Shown here: one piece after another, positions 17,172-27,147 of the stretch
How positions within the stretch are numbered: position 1 is the first letter of the stretch
How the letters are laid out: each line of letters starts with the position of its first letter
Origin: Chloroflexota bacterium
GTDB taxonomy: Bacteria > Bacillota > Sulfobacillia > JBFLWA01 > JBLNDB01
NCBI GenBank assembly: GCA_050261235.1
Contig: JBLNDB010000096.1
Location: 2,161-66,160, forward strand
Length of the DNA: 64,000 bases
Reading direction: 5' to 3'
The notes under the pieces: generated by a model
Told to the model about the DNA's origin: nothing
The model's database searches: none
Seen by the model: only the letters and a program-made list of their open reading frames with translations
Made by a program: the position numbers and the translations under genes

Positions 17172-17726
17172 ATGCGCAACCAGAGAGTGAGAATGGTCGT
17201 CGAAGCAGGGATGGCGATCGCGCTCACAGCCATCCTGCACCAGATCAAGGTCTATCAGATGCCGTTCGGCGGTGCGGTGACCGCCGGATCGATGATCCCG
17301 CTGCTGATCATCGCTCTCCGCTGGGGCCCGGGAATCGGCATGATCGCGGGCGCCGCCTACGGACTGATCGACTACATGTTCGAGCCGTGGTTCCTCACAC
17401 CCTGGCAGTTCCTGCTCGACTACCCGGTTCCGTTCGCCCTGCTCGGTCTGGCGGGCCTGCTGCGGCGTCAGCCGTACCTCGGCGTCGCGCTCGGCGTCGC
17501 CGGGCGTTTCGCCTCGCACCTGCTGTCCGGCGTCATCTACTGGGCGGCCAGCGCCGACCAGGTTCAGGCGGGGATGAACCCGTGGGTCTACTCCGCCATC
17601 TATAATGGGCAGTACCTGATTCCCGAGCTGATCCTTGCGCTGGCTCTGCTCGCCGCCCTGATGCCGACCTTCCGCCAGCAGGGCTTCCTACTGCCGGCGG
17701 GGCAGAGGCGCGGCGGCGCGCGGTAG
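17172..17726 (+). CDS. thiT: ThiT/YuaJ-like thiamine transporter (ECF S component)
   Basis: Six-TM protein of 184 aa sitting directly behind a TPP riboswitch. The ATG at 17172 is 7 nt after GGGGG. Confidence 0.75.
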   Translation: MRNQRVRMVVEAGMAIALTAILHQIKVYQMPFGGAVTAGSMIPLLIIALRWGPGIGMIAGAAYGLIDYMFEPWFLTPWQFLLDYPVPFALLGLAGLLRRQPYLGVALGVAGRFASHLLSGVIYWAASADQVQAGMNPWVYSAIYNGQYLIPELILALALLAALMPTFRQQGFLLPAGQRRGGAR

Positions 17727-18197
17727 GACCGGCTGCGGCGCCTGGCCGGGCGGCGCCGGCTGACCGTAGAAGGGTCGCCGCGGATTGCCCGGCAGGGCTG
17801 GCGGCGCCGGTGGCGCCGGCTGGGCGGGCTGTTCGGGCTCGCCCTCCGGGCGCTCGCCGCCGGCCCACGGATAGCGGGGGGCGTGCGCGATGGTGATGCT
17901 GGACAGCACCGTGCGGTGGATCTCCTCGCTGCCGTCGGTCGCCTTCTTGCGGCGCTCGATCTCGGCTCGCGGGACGACGACATGCAGCTCGTGCGGCAAC
18001 GTGCCGCCCTGAAAGCGGTAGACGCCGATCTCCAGTCCGTCCAGCTTGAACGTGACAAAGTCGACGCTCGGCTGGCACTGGACCGGCCAGGGAGAGGCCC
18101 ACGGGTTGTTTGGTGCCCATGGGATGACGCGCGGTGATGCCGCCAGCGGGGACGGCAGTCGCGGCGTCGCCGGGCACCCTCCATCAGCAGTCGACAT
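17688..18197 (-). CDS. Hypothetical protein with a globular core and a Pro/Ala-rich C-terminal tail
   Basis: The central segment (DFVTFKLDGLEIGVYRFQGGTLPHELHVVVPRAEIERRKKATDGSEEIHRTVLSSITIAHAPRYPW) is protein-like. The tail is PAPPAPPALPGNP-rich. It competes with two clearly junk ORFs in other frames. Confidence 0.35.
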   Translation of the reverse strand: MSTADGGCPATPRLPSPLAASPRVIPWAPNNPWASPWPVQCQPSVDFVTFKLDGLEIGVYRFQGGTLPHELHVVVPRAEIERRKKATDGSEEIHRTVLSSITIAHAPRYPWAGGERPEGEPEQPAQPAPPAPPALPGNPRRPFYGQPAPPGQAPQPVLPRAAAPLPRRQ

Positions 18198-18426
18198 GAT
18201 GACATCCCGCCTTTGGCGTCGGGCCGGCCCGGCGCCTCATGCTTTTCCTGACCATAATACGCGCGACAGTCCGCCAGTGTCCGCGTCCGGTCATACCTGC
18301 CGCTGCCGTGGCATAGAGATGCCCGGATGAGCTGGACGACCGCTCAGCTATCGCACCGGACCGGTTGCCAGCCGTTTCCTTGAGCCTTGCTAGGAATGGA
18401 AGGGCTCGACAGCGAATGGCTGAACA

Positions 18427-18453
18427 GGGAACTTTTCCGGTCCCGGGGACGTC
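18427..18453 (+). promoter_or_regulatory. ECF-type promoter (GGGAACTT, 17 nt, CGTC) upstream of the ECF sigma factor gene, implying autoregulation
   Basis: The AAC -35 and CGTC -10 motifs have the spacing typical of ECF sigma promoters. They lie about 50 nt before the sigma gene start. Confidence 0.45.
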
Positions 18454-18503
18454 CATTTCTCTGAGGGTGCGTGTGTCAGCATGCGCCCGGATCGGGGGGA
18501 TCG

Positions 18504-19136
18504 GTGTTGGAAGCTTCCGAGTCGGCACTCATCGAGCGCTGGCGGGGCGGCGAGCAGCGGGCCTTTGAGGAACTGGTGGCGCGTTACGAGAAGAGAGTCT
18601 ACAACCTGGCATATCGCATGTCGGGCAACGCCGATGACGCCAGCGACCTGGCCCAGGAGGCGTTTGTCCGCGTCTTCACCGCGCTGCCAAGCTTCAAGGG
18701 TCAGTCCTCGTTCGCCACGTGGTTGTACCGTATCGCCACCAACGTTTGCCTGGACGAACTCCGCCGCCGCGGCCGGCAGCCGGTGCTGTCCCTGGATCAG
18801 CCAGTGGCGATGGAAGAGGGCCCGGTGGCGCGCCAGACCGTGGATCCGGCGGCCGGCCCGCTGGACGAGCTCGAGCGCACCGAGCTGCGGGCGGCTGTCC
18901 AGGACGGCATCTCGGCGCTCCAGCCTGAGCACCGCGCAGTGATCATCCTGCGCGACCTCCAGGGCCTCCCATATGAAGAGATAGCGGGCGTGCTCGCCTG
19001 TTCTCTCGGGACCGTCAAGTCCCGCCTCAACCGCGCCCGGCTGGCCCTCAGGGAGCGCCTTTCGGCCATGGAACTTTTCCGGGGCGATGTCGTCTATACG
19101 GGCAAGCAAGCCGCGGAAGGAGGGAGCCGGCGATGA
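18504..19136 (+). CDS. ECF-family RNA polymerase sigma factor (sigma-70 regions 2 and 4)
   Basis: Region 2 (RYEKRVYNLAYRMSGNADDASDLAQEAFVRVF) and region 4 (DLQGLPYEEIAGVLACSLGTVKSRLNRAR) are present. The start is uncertain: GTG at 18504 or TTG at 18507. Confidence 0.8.
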   Translation: MLEASESALIERWRGGEQRAFEELVARYEKRVYNLAYRMSGNADDASDLAQEAFVRVFTALPSFKGQSSFATWLYRIATNVCLDELRRRGRQPVLSLDQPVAMEEGPVARQTVDPAAGPLDELERTELRAAVQDGISALQPEHRAVIILRDLQGLPYEEIAGVLACSLGTVKSRLNRARLALRERLSAMELFRGDVVYTGKQAAEGGSRR

Positions 19137-20359
19137 AGTGCGCAGACGTTCGTGACCTTCTGTCTGCCTATGTCGACGACGCTCTGGACGCAGAGCAGCG
19201 GGCCCGGCTCACCGACCACCTCCGCGACTGTCCGGCCTGCGCAGCCGAGCTTCAGGAACTCAAGCAGACCATCGCCCTGGTTCAGGAACTGGACGAAATC
19301 GAACCGCCGGCCGAGTTTCGCACCGAACTGCGACAGCGTCTGCGGCGCCTGGCTGCAGAGCGGCAGCCCGCCGGCGGGCGCCGGGCACGGTGGCTCAGTG
19401 CGCTGCCGGTCATGTCTGTCCGCAGCGCCATCGCCGCCGCACTGGTGCTGGTGATCACGCTGGCCGGCGGTGTCGGCATCGGCTATCGCCTGCAACTGCG
19501 AGCCGGCAGCGAAAAGTCGGAGCTGCTGGCGCGGGGCAAGGCCAGGGATCAGGTCGCTACCGGCGCGGCCGCGCCCCCGGCGGCGCCGGGCGCCGGCGAC
19601 GAGGGTCTCGGCGGCGGCGAGCCGCAGTTCGCCGCGGCCGATCAGGCCAACCTGCTGGGCACCGCCCAGCGCGCGGCCAGCGAAAACACCCAGAAGATCA
19701 TCCGCAATGGCGAGATGACCGTCGCCGTCGAGGAAATCGCCCCCGCGCAGCGCAGGGTCGAGGAGATCGCGGCCACGAACGGTGGTTACGTTGAGAATTC
19801 GAGCTTCCATCAGGTGAACGCGACGACGGCGCGAGCATCGCTTCAGCTCCGGGTGCCGGCGGCGAATCTCGACGGCGTTGTCGGCGCAGTCGAGCAGCTG
19901 GGTTATGTCAGGACCAAGACGATTTACGCCACCGATGTCACAGCCGTCTATACCGACACCGATGCCCGGGTGAAGAACCTGCAACTTCAAGAAGAGCGCC
20001 TGCGCGAAGTCTTGAAGCAGGCCACGACCGTCGATGACATTCTCCGCGTCGAGAACGAACTGAGCCGCATCCGCACGGACATTGACATCAATGCCGCCAA
20101 TCTCAGGAACCTGCAGTCAGGTGTCGAGATGGGAACGCTCACGGTCAATCTCGAGCAGGATCCCGATGCGGTGGCAGTGAGCACCAACCAGTCGCTTTGG
20201 AACCGCATCAAGGGCGCCTGCGTCAACACCATCAAGGCCATCGGCCGCTTCCTTGTCAGCCTGACGGTCTTCGTCGGCGGCGCGCTGCCCGTGCTGCTGA
20301 TCCTGGTGGCGCTCTGGCTGGCCATCCGTCCCCAACGCTGGTTCCATCGCCAAGAGTAG
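19133..20359 (+). CDS. Anti-sigma factor with an N-terminal zf-HC2 domain, a TM segment and a DUF4349-like extracytoplasmic domain
   Basis: Shows the motif HLRDCPACAAELQELKQTIALV. The ATG overlaps the sigma gene stop (ATGA). The C-terminal domain with coiled segments resembles DUF4349. Confidence 0.75.
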   Translation: MKCADVRDLLSAYVDDALDAEQRARLTDHLRDCPACAAELQELKQTIALVQELDEIEPPAEFRTELRQRLRRLAAERQPAGGRRARWLSALPVMSVRSAIAAALVLVITLAGGVGIGYRLQLRAGSEKSELLARGKARDQVATGAAAPPAAPGAGDEGLGGGEPQFAAADQANLLGTAQRAASENTQKIIRNGEMTVAVEEIAPAQRRVEEIAATNGGYVENSSFHQVNATTARASLQLRVPAANLDGVVGAVEQLGYVRTKTIYATDVTAVYTDTDARVKNLQLQEERLREVLKQATTVDDILRVENELSRIRTDIDINAANLRNLQSGVEMGTLTVNLEQDPDAVAVSTNQSLWNRIKGACVNTIKAIGRFLVSLTVFVGGALPVLLILVALWLAIRPQRWFHRQE

Positions 20360-20378
20360 CGCCAAGAAGGGGAGAACC

Positions 20379-21128
20379 ATGTCATATCGACCATTTGAGG
20401 TGCGCCCGATTCACCTCGTCTCCGGTCTGTTGGTCATCGCTTTGCTCCTGGTCGGCGTGCTTGCCCTGAGGACGCCGCTGGCCCCCGGAAGCGTGGCGCA
20501 GGAATCGGTCATCGTCGTCAGCGGTGAAGGGACAGTCGAGGTCAAGCCCGACACCGCGACGATCTCGCTCGGCGTGCAGCGTCAGGCGAAGACGACGGAG
20601 GCCGCCATCACCAGCCACGCCACGGCCATGAACGCCGTCATCGCGGCCCTCAAGCAGGCCGGCGTCAAGGATGAAGACATCAAGACCACCCGCTTCAGCG
20701 TCGACCCTCTTTACGACTATGATACCAACGGCAAGCCGCCCGTCCTGGTCGGCTACCGGGTGACGAATATCGTCACCTGTGACTCGCAGGACCTCGAGCA
20801 TCTCGGCGGGCTGATCGACGCTGCCGTCGCCGCCGGTGCCAACGAGGTCAACGGCATCACCTTCACCGTCAAGGACGTCGATGCCGTCAAGACGGCGGTG
20901 ATCGAAGCCGCCGTCAAGGACGCCCGGGTCAAGGCCGACGCCATCGCCAATGCCGCCGGCGTGAAGATCCGCCGCGTCCGGTCAATCTCGCTCGATGCCC
21001 CGTTCCAGCCGCCAGTCTACTACATGAACGGGAAGATGCTGCGGGACGCCGCCGGCGCCACATCGACGCCAATCGAAGCCGGCACGAACACGATCCGCGT
21101 TACCGTCAGCGTCACCTTCGGCATCTAG
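20379..21128 (+). CDS. SIMPL domain-containing protein (DUF541; 26 kDa periplasmic immunogenic protein family)
   Basis: N-terminal TM anchor followed by the SIMPL architecture (VSGEGTVEVKPDTATISLGVQ...TTRFSV). Confidence 0.75.
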   Translation: MSYRPFEVRPIHLVSGLLVIALLLVGVLALRTPLAPGSVAQESVIVVSGEGTVEVKPDTATISLGVQRQAKTTEAAITSHATAMNAVIAALKQAGVKDEDIKTTRFSVDPLYDYDTNGKPPVLVGYRVTNIVTCDSQDLEHLGGLIDAAVAAGANEVNGITFTVKDVDAVKTAVIEAAVKDARVKADAIANAAGVKIRRVRSISLDAPFQPPVYYMNGKMLRDAAGATSTPIEAGTNTIRVTVSVTFGI

Positions 21129-21312
21129 GCAACTCCTCCCATGCCTGGCAGAAACCCGGACGCCCCGAGTGGGCATCCGGGTTTCGCTGCCTCAGGGGTT
21201 GTTCCGCCGTCCCTCCCCAGGCGCTGGTCGGCGCCGTCGCGTGAAGGTTTCGCCGACACCGCCGGTGAAATACTGAGGGAGTTCACAGTCTGACTCACCG
21301 GGGGTGACCCGG

Positions 21313-24003
21313 ATGGCCAGGAAAGCCATCTTCATCGACGGCAACAGCCTCATCAACCGTGCCTATTTCGCGGTGCGCCCGCTGACCAACTCACAGGGCC
21401 AGATGACCAACGCGGTCTACGGGTTCGTCACCATGCTGCTGCGGCTGCTCCGCGAGGAGAAGCCCGACTATCTGGCAGTCGCCTTCGACAAGAGCAAGAT
21501 CAACTTCCGCCACAGCGAGTACCAAGCCTACAAGGCCAACCGCACCGGCATGCCCGATCAGTTGGCCTCACAGATGCCGTTGCTCAAGGATGTCCTGCGG
21601 GCATTCCGGATTCCGATCTACGAGATCGACGGCTACGAGGCCGACGATGTCCTCGGGACGCTGGCCCGCCAGACTGCGACCAGCGATCTCACGGTGCTCA
21701 TCCTGACCGGCGACCGCGACGCGCTGCAGTTGATCGATGACCGGACGAACGTGTTGTTCACGCTGAAGGGGATCTCCGACCTCAAGCGGTATGACGCCGC
21801 AGCGCTGCGGGCCGACTTCGACCTCGCGCCGGCACAGATCATCGACCTCAAAGCCCTGATGGGGGACAAGTCCGATAACATCCCCGGCATCCCGGGCGTG
21901 GGCGAGAAGACGGCGCTCAAGCTCCTGCACGACTTCGGCAGCGTCGACAGCGTCCTCGACCACGCTGACGAAGTCGCCGGCGAACGCCTGAAGGCGTTGC
22001 TCCGTGAGCACGCCGACGCGGCCCGGTTGTCCAAACGCCTCGCGACAATCAAGTGCGATGTGCCGATAGCTGTCGACATCGACGCCGCCGCGGTGGACGA
22101 GCCGGACTACCCGGAGTTGCTGCGCGTGTTCCGTGAGCTGGAGTTCCGCGGCCTGATCGACCGCCTGAACCTTGAGGCGAAGGCCGGTGTCGATGCGTCT
22201 GCCGCCGCGGCACCGCCCGCGGCGCCGGTCGAGGTCAGCGTCGTGGCGTCCGCAGAGGAGTTGGCGCGCCTCGGCGACTCACTGCGGCATGGCTTTGCGC
22301 TCCAAGTGGTCCCCGGAGCGGGCCATCCGGTCGAAGGTCGCATCAGCGCGATCGCGCTGGCGCCGCTCGCCGGTTCGGGCGAGACGGTGACGATCGTGTC
22401 GCTGACCGAACCGGAGGCCGATCTGTTCGCGCCCCGCGGGCTGTCTGCGGCCGAAGCCGTTCGCGTCCTGAGACCGTTGCTTGAAGATGCCGCTGTGGCA
22501 AAGGTCGGGTACAACCTGAAGCCAGGCCTGCTCGCCCTCCGGCGTCACGGTTGCGAGCTGCGCGGCCTCGTCCACGATGCCGCCATCGCTGCCTACCTGC
22601 TCGATCCGACACGCGCGACGTATCGCCTCGAGGACCTCGGGCGAGAGTACCTCGGCGCTGAGCTGCCGGCCGAGCTGCACGGCGACACGACTGCGCTCGC
22701 TGCGCGTACTGCCGCCCTCGTCAAACTGCAGCCCCTGCTGGAGCGGCGTCTCGCCGACAATGGTCTCGCCGAGCTGTTTCGGACCATGGAGACGCCGCTG
22801 CTGGGGGTCCTCGCGGCGATGGAGTATGAGGGCGTCGCGATCGACCGCCAGCGGTTGCTCAAGATGGGTGACGAGTTCGCGGCCCGGCTCGTCGAGCTGA
22901 CGGCCGACATCTACCGCCTCGCCGGCGGCGAGTTCAACATCAACTCGACGAAGCAGCTGGGCGAGATACTGTTCGTCAAGCTCGGGCTGCCTGCCGTCAA
23001 GAAGACCAAGACGGGCTTCTCGACTGATGCTGAGGTCCTCGAAGCGCTTGCCGCCAATCACGAGATCGCCGCCAAGCTGCTCGAACACCGGGCGCTCTCG
23101 AAACTGAAGAGCACCTACGTCGACGGTCTGGCGGCGCTCGTGAGCCCGCTGACCGGGCGCGTCCACACGACCTTCCAGCAGACGGTGACGGCGACCGGAC
23201 GCCTCTCCAGCACCGAGCCGAACCTGCAGAACATCCCGATCCGCGATGAGCTGGGGCGCCGCCTGCGACTGGTGTTCGTGCCCGACAGCCCGGACAAGCT
23301 GATCCTGGCAGCCGATTACTCGCAGATCGAACTGCGCATTCTGGCGCATCTGAGCGGCGACGCCTACATGACCGACTCGTTCCTGCGCAACCAGGACGTC
23401 CACCAGCGTACGGCCGCCGAAGTGTTCGGTGTCAGGCTGGAGGACGTTACCCGCGACATGCGCGCCCGAGCCAAGGCCGTCAACTTCGGCATCGTCTATG
23501 GCATCAGCGACTTCGGCTTGGCGCGCCAACTCGGGATTCCGCGGGCGGAGGCGGCGCAGTACATCGCGACCTATTTCGAGCGATACGGCGGTGTCAAGGA
23601 CTACATGGACCGGACCATCAGCCAGGCCCGCGCCCAGGGCTACGTCACGACCCTGTTCGGCCGTCGCCGCCTGCTGCCGGATATCGACAACCGCAACCGC
23701 AACGTCCGCCAGTTCGCCGAGCGCACTGCGATCAACACGCCGATCCAGGGCACGGCGGCGGACATCATCAAACTCGCCATGATCAGCATCGACCGGCGAC
23801 TGCGCGCTGAGAAGCTCAGGTCGAAGATGATCCTTCAGGTTCATGATGAGTTGATTTTCGAGGTCGAGCGCGACGAGCTCGACGCGATGAAGCGCCTCGT
23901 CCGCGACGAGATGGAGGGCGTCGTCAAGATGAGCGTGCCCTTGCTGGTCGATGTCAAGGTGGGTCCGAACTGGTACGACGTCAAGGGTATCGCGGTCGAC
24001 TGA
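21313..24003 (+). CDS. polA: DNA polymerase I
   Basis: 5'-3' exonuclease N-terminus (AIFIDGNSLINRAYFA) and polymerase motifs A, B and C (DYSQIELR, RRAAKAVNFGIVYG, HDELIFE). The ATG at 21313 was chosen over GTG at 21304. Confidence 0.9.
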   Translation: MARKAIFIDGNSLINRAYFAVRPLTNSQGQMTNAVYGFVTMLLRLLREEKPDYLAVAFDKSKINFRHSEYQAYKANRTGMPDQLASQMPLLKDVLRAFRIPIYEIDGYEADDVLGTLARQTATSDLTVLILTGDRDALQLIDDRTNVLFTLKGISDLKRYDAAALRADFDLAPAQIIDLKALMGDKSDNIPGIPGVGEKTALKLLHDFGSVDSVLDHADEVAGERLKALLREHADAARLSKRLATIKCDVPIAVDIDAAAVDEPDYPELLRVFRELEFRGLIDRLNLEAKAGVDASAAAAPPAAPVEVSVVASAEELARLGDSLRHGFALQVVPGAGHPVEGRISAIALAPLAGSGETVTIVSLTEPEADLFAPRGLSAAEAVRVLRPLLEDAAVAKVGYNLKPGLLALRRHGCELRGLVHDAAIAAYLLDPTRATYRLEDLGREYLGAELPAELHGDTTALAARTAALVKLQPLLERRLADNGLAELFRTMETPLLGVLAAMEYEGVAIDRQRLLKMGDEFAARLVELTADIYRLAGGEFNINSTKQLGEILFVKLGLPAVKKTKTGFSTDAEVLEALAANHEIAAKLLEHRALSKLKSTYVDGLAALVSPLTGRVHTTFQQTVTATGRLSSTEPNLQNIPIRDELGRRLRLVFVPDSPDKLILAADYSQIELRILAHLSGDAYMTDSFLRNQDVHQRTAAEVFGVRLEDVTRDMRARAKAVNFGIVYGISDFGLARQLGIPRAEAAQYIATYFERYGGVKDYMDRTISQARAQGYVTTLFGRRRLLPDIDNRNRNVRQFAERTAINTPIQGTAADIIKLAMISIDRRLRAEKLRSKMILQVHDELIFEVERDELDAMKRLVRDEMEGVVKMSVPLLVDVKVGPNWYDVKGIAVD

Positions 24004-24018
24004 GCGAGGGGGAGGACA

Positions 24019-24843
24019 ATGCCTGAACTGCCGGAAGTCGAGACGGTCCGCCGCGAGTTGAGTGCCCTGACCGGCCTTCGCATCGTCAGGACTGCCGTTC
24101 TGTCGCCGCATCTGATCCGCTGCCCGGATGCCGAGCGGTTCGCCGCCGGCACGACCGGCAAGACCATTGCCGCCGTCGACCGGCAGGGCAAGTTCCTCAT
24201 CATCAGGCTCGATCCTGGCAGCGATCTGGTCGTCCACCTGCGGATGGCCGGCCGGATGTACGTCAACGACCCGGCGGATCCGGTCGAGAAGCACACGCAT
24301 GTCATCTTCGACCTCTCCGACGGTCGCCAGCTCCGCTACATCGATCTCCGTCACTTCGGGCTGATCTGCCTGGTCGACCGCGGCGAATACGGCGACCTTG
24401 GGCTGCTCAACCGACTCGGTCCGGAGCCCCTGTCAGACGGATTCACCAAGCAGTACTTCCGCGCCGGGCTGGCGAAGCGACGCGGCCCGATCAAGTCGCT
24501 CCTGCTGAATCAGGAGTTCATTGCCGGCATCGGCAACATCTACGCTGACGAAAGCCTGTTCGCAGCCAGGATCAGGCCCGACCGTCCGGCGGCGTCGCTG
24601 TCCCGGCAAGAAGCCGATCGCCTCTGGCAGGCAATCCGCGATGTGATCGCCGATGCGCTCGTGTTCGGCGGCACGACGTTCTCGACTTACCGCCGCGCCG
24701 ACGGCAGCAAAGGCGAGTTCGCCGCCTACCTCAAGGTTTATGGCCATGAGGGCGCGGCCTGCCCGCGCTGCGGCAAGGGACAGATCGAGCGGCTTCGACT
24801 GGGCGGCCGCAGCGCGCACTTCTGCCCCCATTGCCAACGGTAG
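24019..24843 (+). CDS. mutM: Formamidopyrimidine-DNA glycosylase
   Basis: MPELPEVETVRREL N-terminus and a C-terminal zinc finger CPRCGKGQIERLRLGGRSAHFCPHCQ. Confidence 0.9.
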   Translation: MPELPEVETVRRELSALTGLRIVRTAVLSPHLIRCPDAERFAAGTTGKTIAAVDRQGKFLIIRLDPGSDLVVHLRMAGRMYVNDPADPVEKHTHVIFDLSDGRQLRYIDLRHFGLICLVDRGEYGDLGLLNRLGPEPLSDGFTKQYFRAGLAKRRGPIKSLLLNQEFIAGIGNIYADESLFAARIRPDRPAASLSRQEADRLWQAIRDVIADALVFGGTTFSTYRRADGSKGEFAAYLKVYGHEGAACPRCGKGQIERLRLGGRSAHFCPHCQR

Positions 24844-24910
24844 GCCTGCGCTTGTCCTCCGAAATGTGGTACAATAGGCAAGGGGGTTACCTCACCGGGG
24901 AGGGACTGGT

Positions 24911-25126
24911 TTGGTCACGTATCAGGTTGAAGTGGATTCCGGACGGCTGCCGAGCGGCGGCGCGGGAGCCATTCTCAAGCAACTCGGCATCACCGGCGAA
25001 GTCGGCATCCGCCAGACGGGCAACGGCAAGTGGATACTCGAAATCTGCGCCGAGGGCCAGCTCGCCGAAGAAGCCCTGCGGGCGTTCGGCACCGTCGCCA
25101 AGTTCAGCGGCGCGGCCAGCGAATAG
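24911..25126 (+). CDS. Small hypothetical protein (71 aa)
   Basis: TTG start 6 nt after GGGAGG. A clean intrinsic terminator follows. No recognisable family. Confidence 0.35.
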   Translation: MVTYQVEVDSGRLPSGGAGAILKQLGITGEVGIRQTGNGKWILEICAEGQLAEEALRAFGTVAKFSGAASE

Positions 25127-25145
25127 TCACTGATCGATAATCCCG

Positions 25146-25179
25146 AAGCCCCGGCCAACGGCCGGGGCTTTGCGTTTTC
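25146..25179 (+). terminator. Rho-independent terminator (aagccccggcc-aac-ggccggggctt then gcgttttc)
   Basis: An 11-bp perfect stem plus a T tract, downstream of mutM and the small ORF. Confidence 0.65.
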
Positions 25180-25422
25180 AGTCGCCTGACTGTTGCATGG
25201 TGTCGGAATTTGTCAACAGAATGACGTGCATTTGGTTCCACACTCAGGCAGGAGATGTTTGGCGGAGGGAGAACGTCTCCCTAACACGCCAAGTAACGCG
25301 CTATCGCTCATCTTCACGCCGGTCCAGGAATCACGGCTCCGTCCGCAGATCAAGCAGGCCAACGCCTGCCTCTTGGGACGGGGCATTTTTCATGCCCAAA
25401 CTATGGTATGAGGAGGAGAGCC

Positions 25423-27054
25423 ATGAAGCTGCGCCGCGTTGTGATCCTGCTGCTGGTGGCGGCACTGGTGGTCGGGCTGTTCGCCGGCTGCAACCGCCCC
25501 AAAGCGCGTACTGACGTCACCAAAGGTGACCTGGCAGCTACGCAGGAGCTCAGGTACAACCTGGGCACCGAGCCCCAAACCCTCGATCCCTGCAAGTCGA
25601 CCGGCGTCCCGGAGATGAACGTCCATCTGCCCATGCTCGAGGGACTGACCCGCGTCGGCCTGAACAACCAGATCGTTCCGGGCGTAGCGACCAAGTGGGA
25701 AGTCAGCCCGGACGGCAAGGTCTACACCTTCCACCTCCGCAAGGCCAAGTGGTCCAACGGCGACCCGCTCACCGCCGAGGACTTCAAGTGGTCCTGGCTG
25801 CGCGCCTGCGCGCCCGAGACAGCAGGTGACTACGCCTATCAGCTCTGGTACATCAAGAACGCCCAGGCCTACACTGAGGGAACCGTGAGCGCCGACGAGG
25901 TCGGCATCAAGGTTATCAACCCGCAGACGCTCGAGGTCACGCTCGAGTATTCGGCCCCATATTTCCTCGAGATCACTGCATTCGATACATTGCTCCCGGT
26001 CCACCGGGCGACCGCCGAAGCTCAGGGCGACAAGTTCGGCTCCGAGGCCGCCGGCTATGTCTGCAACGGGCCGTTCGTCCTGACCGAGTGGGTCCACAAC
26101 GACCACATCACCTACGTCAAGAACAACGAGTACTGGGACAAGGACAACGTCTTCCTCGACAAGCTGACCTATTACATGGTCGAGGAGGCGAGCACCGAGC
26201 TCACGATGTACGAGACCGGTCAGATCGACATCGGCGACAACCCGCCGCTGCCCGACCACGACCGTCTCGTCACTGAAGGCAAGCTCCAGACGGCTCCGCT
26301 CATCGGTACCTACTACTACATCTTCAACTGCGAGCAGAAGCCGTTCGATGACCCCCGCGTCCGCAAGGCGCTCACCCTTGGCCTGAACCGTGCCGATCTG
26401 ATCAAGAACGTTCTCAAGGGCGCCCAGATGCCCGCCACCGCGTTTGTCTGCAAGGGCATCAATGAAGGCGACAAGGACTTCCGTGATGTCGGCGGCAGCT
26501 TCTTCAAAGACGCCGACATCGCCGAGGCCCAGCGGCTCCTGGCCGAGGCCGGCTACCCGGGCGGCAAGGGCTTCCCGGCGTTCGAAATCCTCTACAACAC
26601 CAGTGAGAGTCACAAGGCCATCGCTGAGGCCATCTGCGAGATGTGGAAGACCAATCTCGGCATCTCCGGCATCAAGCTGGTGAACCAAGAGTGGGGCGTC
26701 TACCTGGATTCCCGCGACGCCGGCGCCTTCCAGGTCGCCCGCGCCGGCTGGATCGGCGACTACTCCGACCCGATGACCTTCCTCGACATGTGGACGACCG
26801 GCAACGGCAACAACAACACCCGCTGGGGTGACGCCGAGTACGACAAGCTGGTCGAGGAAGCCAAGCGCGAGCAAGACCCGGCCAAGCGCTTCGCGATCAT
26901 GCACAAGATCGAGGAAATCCTGATGCGCGACATGCCGATCCTGCCGATCTACTTCTACGCAGACGAGTACGTCATGCAGCCGTACGTAGGCGGTGTGATC
27001 CGCTCGCCGCTCGGCCCGATCGAGTTCAAGTTCGCCTATATCAAGAAGCACTAG
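25423..27054 (+). CDS. ABC transporter substrate-binding lipoprotein, peptide/nickel family (SBP family 5; OppA/DppA-like)
   Basis: Lipoprotein signal MKLRRVVILLLVAALVVGLFAGC followed by a family-5 SBP body. The ATG at 25423 follows gaggagg. Confidence 0.85.
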   Translation: MKLRRVVILLLVAALVVGLFAGCNRPKARTDVTKGDLAATQELRYNLGTEPQTLDPCKSTGVPEMNVHLPMLEGLTRVGLNNQIVPGVATKWEVSPDGKVYTFHLRKAKWSNGDPLTAEDFKWSWLRACAPETAGDYAYQLWYIKNAQAYTEGTVSADEVGIKVINPQTLEVTLEYSAPYFLEITAFDTLLPVHRATAEAQGDKFGSEAAGYVCNGPFVLTEWVHNDHITYVKNNEYWDKDNVFLDKLTYYMVEEASTELTMYETGQIDIGDNPPLPDHDRLVTEGKLQTAPLIGTYYYIFNCEQKPFDDPRVRKALTLGLNRADLIKNVLKGAQMPATAFVCKGINEGDKDFRDVGGSFFKDADIAEAQRLLAEAGYPGGKGFPAFEILYNTSESHKAIAEAICEMWKTNLGISGIKLVNQEWGVYLDSRDAGAFQVARAGWIGDYSDPMTFLDMWTTGNGNNNTRWGDAEYDKLVEEAKREQDPAKRFAIMHKIEEILMRDMPILPIYFYADEYVMQPYVGGVIRSPLGPIEFKFAYIKKH

Positions 27055-27147
27055 ACCAACGCCGCTGGAACGAGAGGTATACGCGTACGCGGCATGCGGC
27101 GCGTATACCTCTCTTCTGCGCAGCAGCAGTGAAGGGAGTGAGACAAG

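Noticed and set aside
17533-18205. Two additional minus-strand ORFs (17533-18177 and 17600-18205) overlapping the Pro-rich hypothetical gene
   Set aside because: Their translations are almost pure Arg/Ala/Pro/Gly/Ser runs typical of wrong-frame reading in GC-rich DNA. Only the 17688-18197 frame has a globular-looking core, and even that is kept at low confidence.
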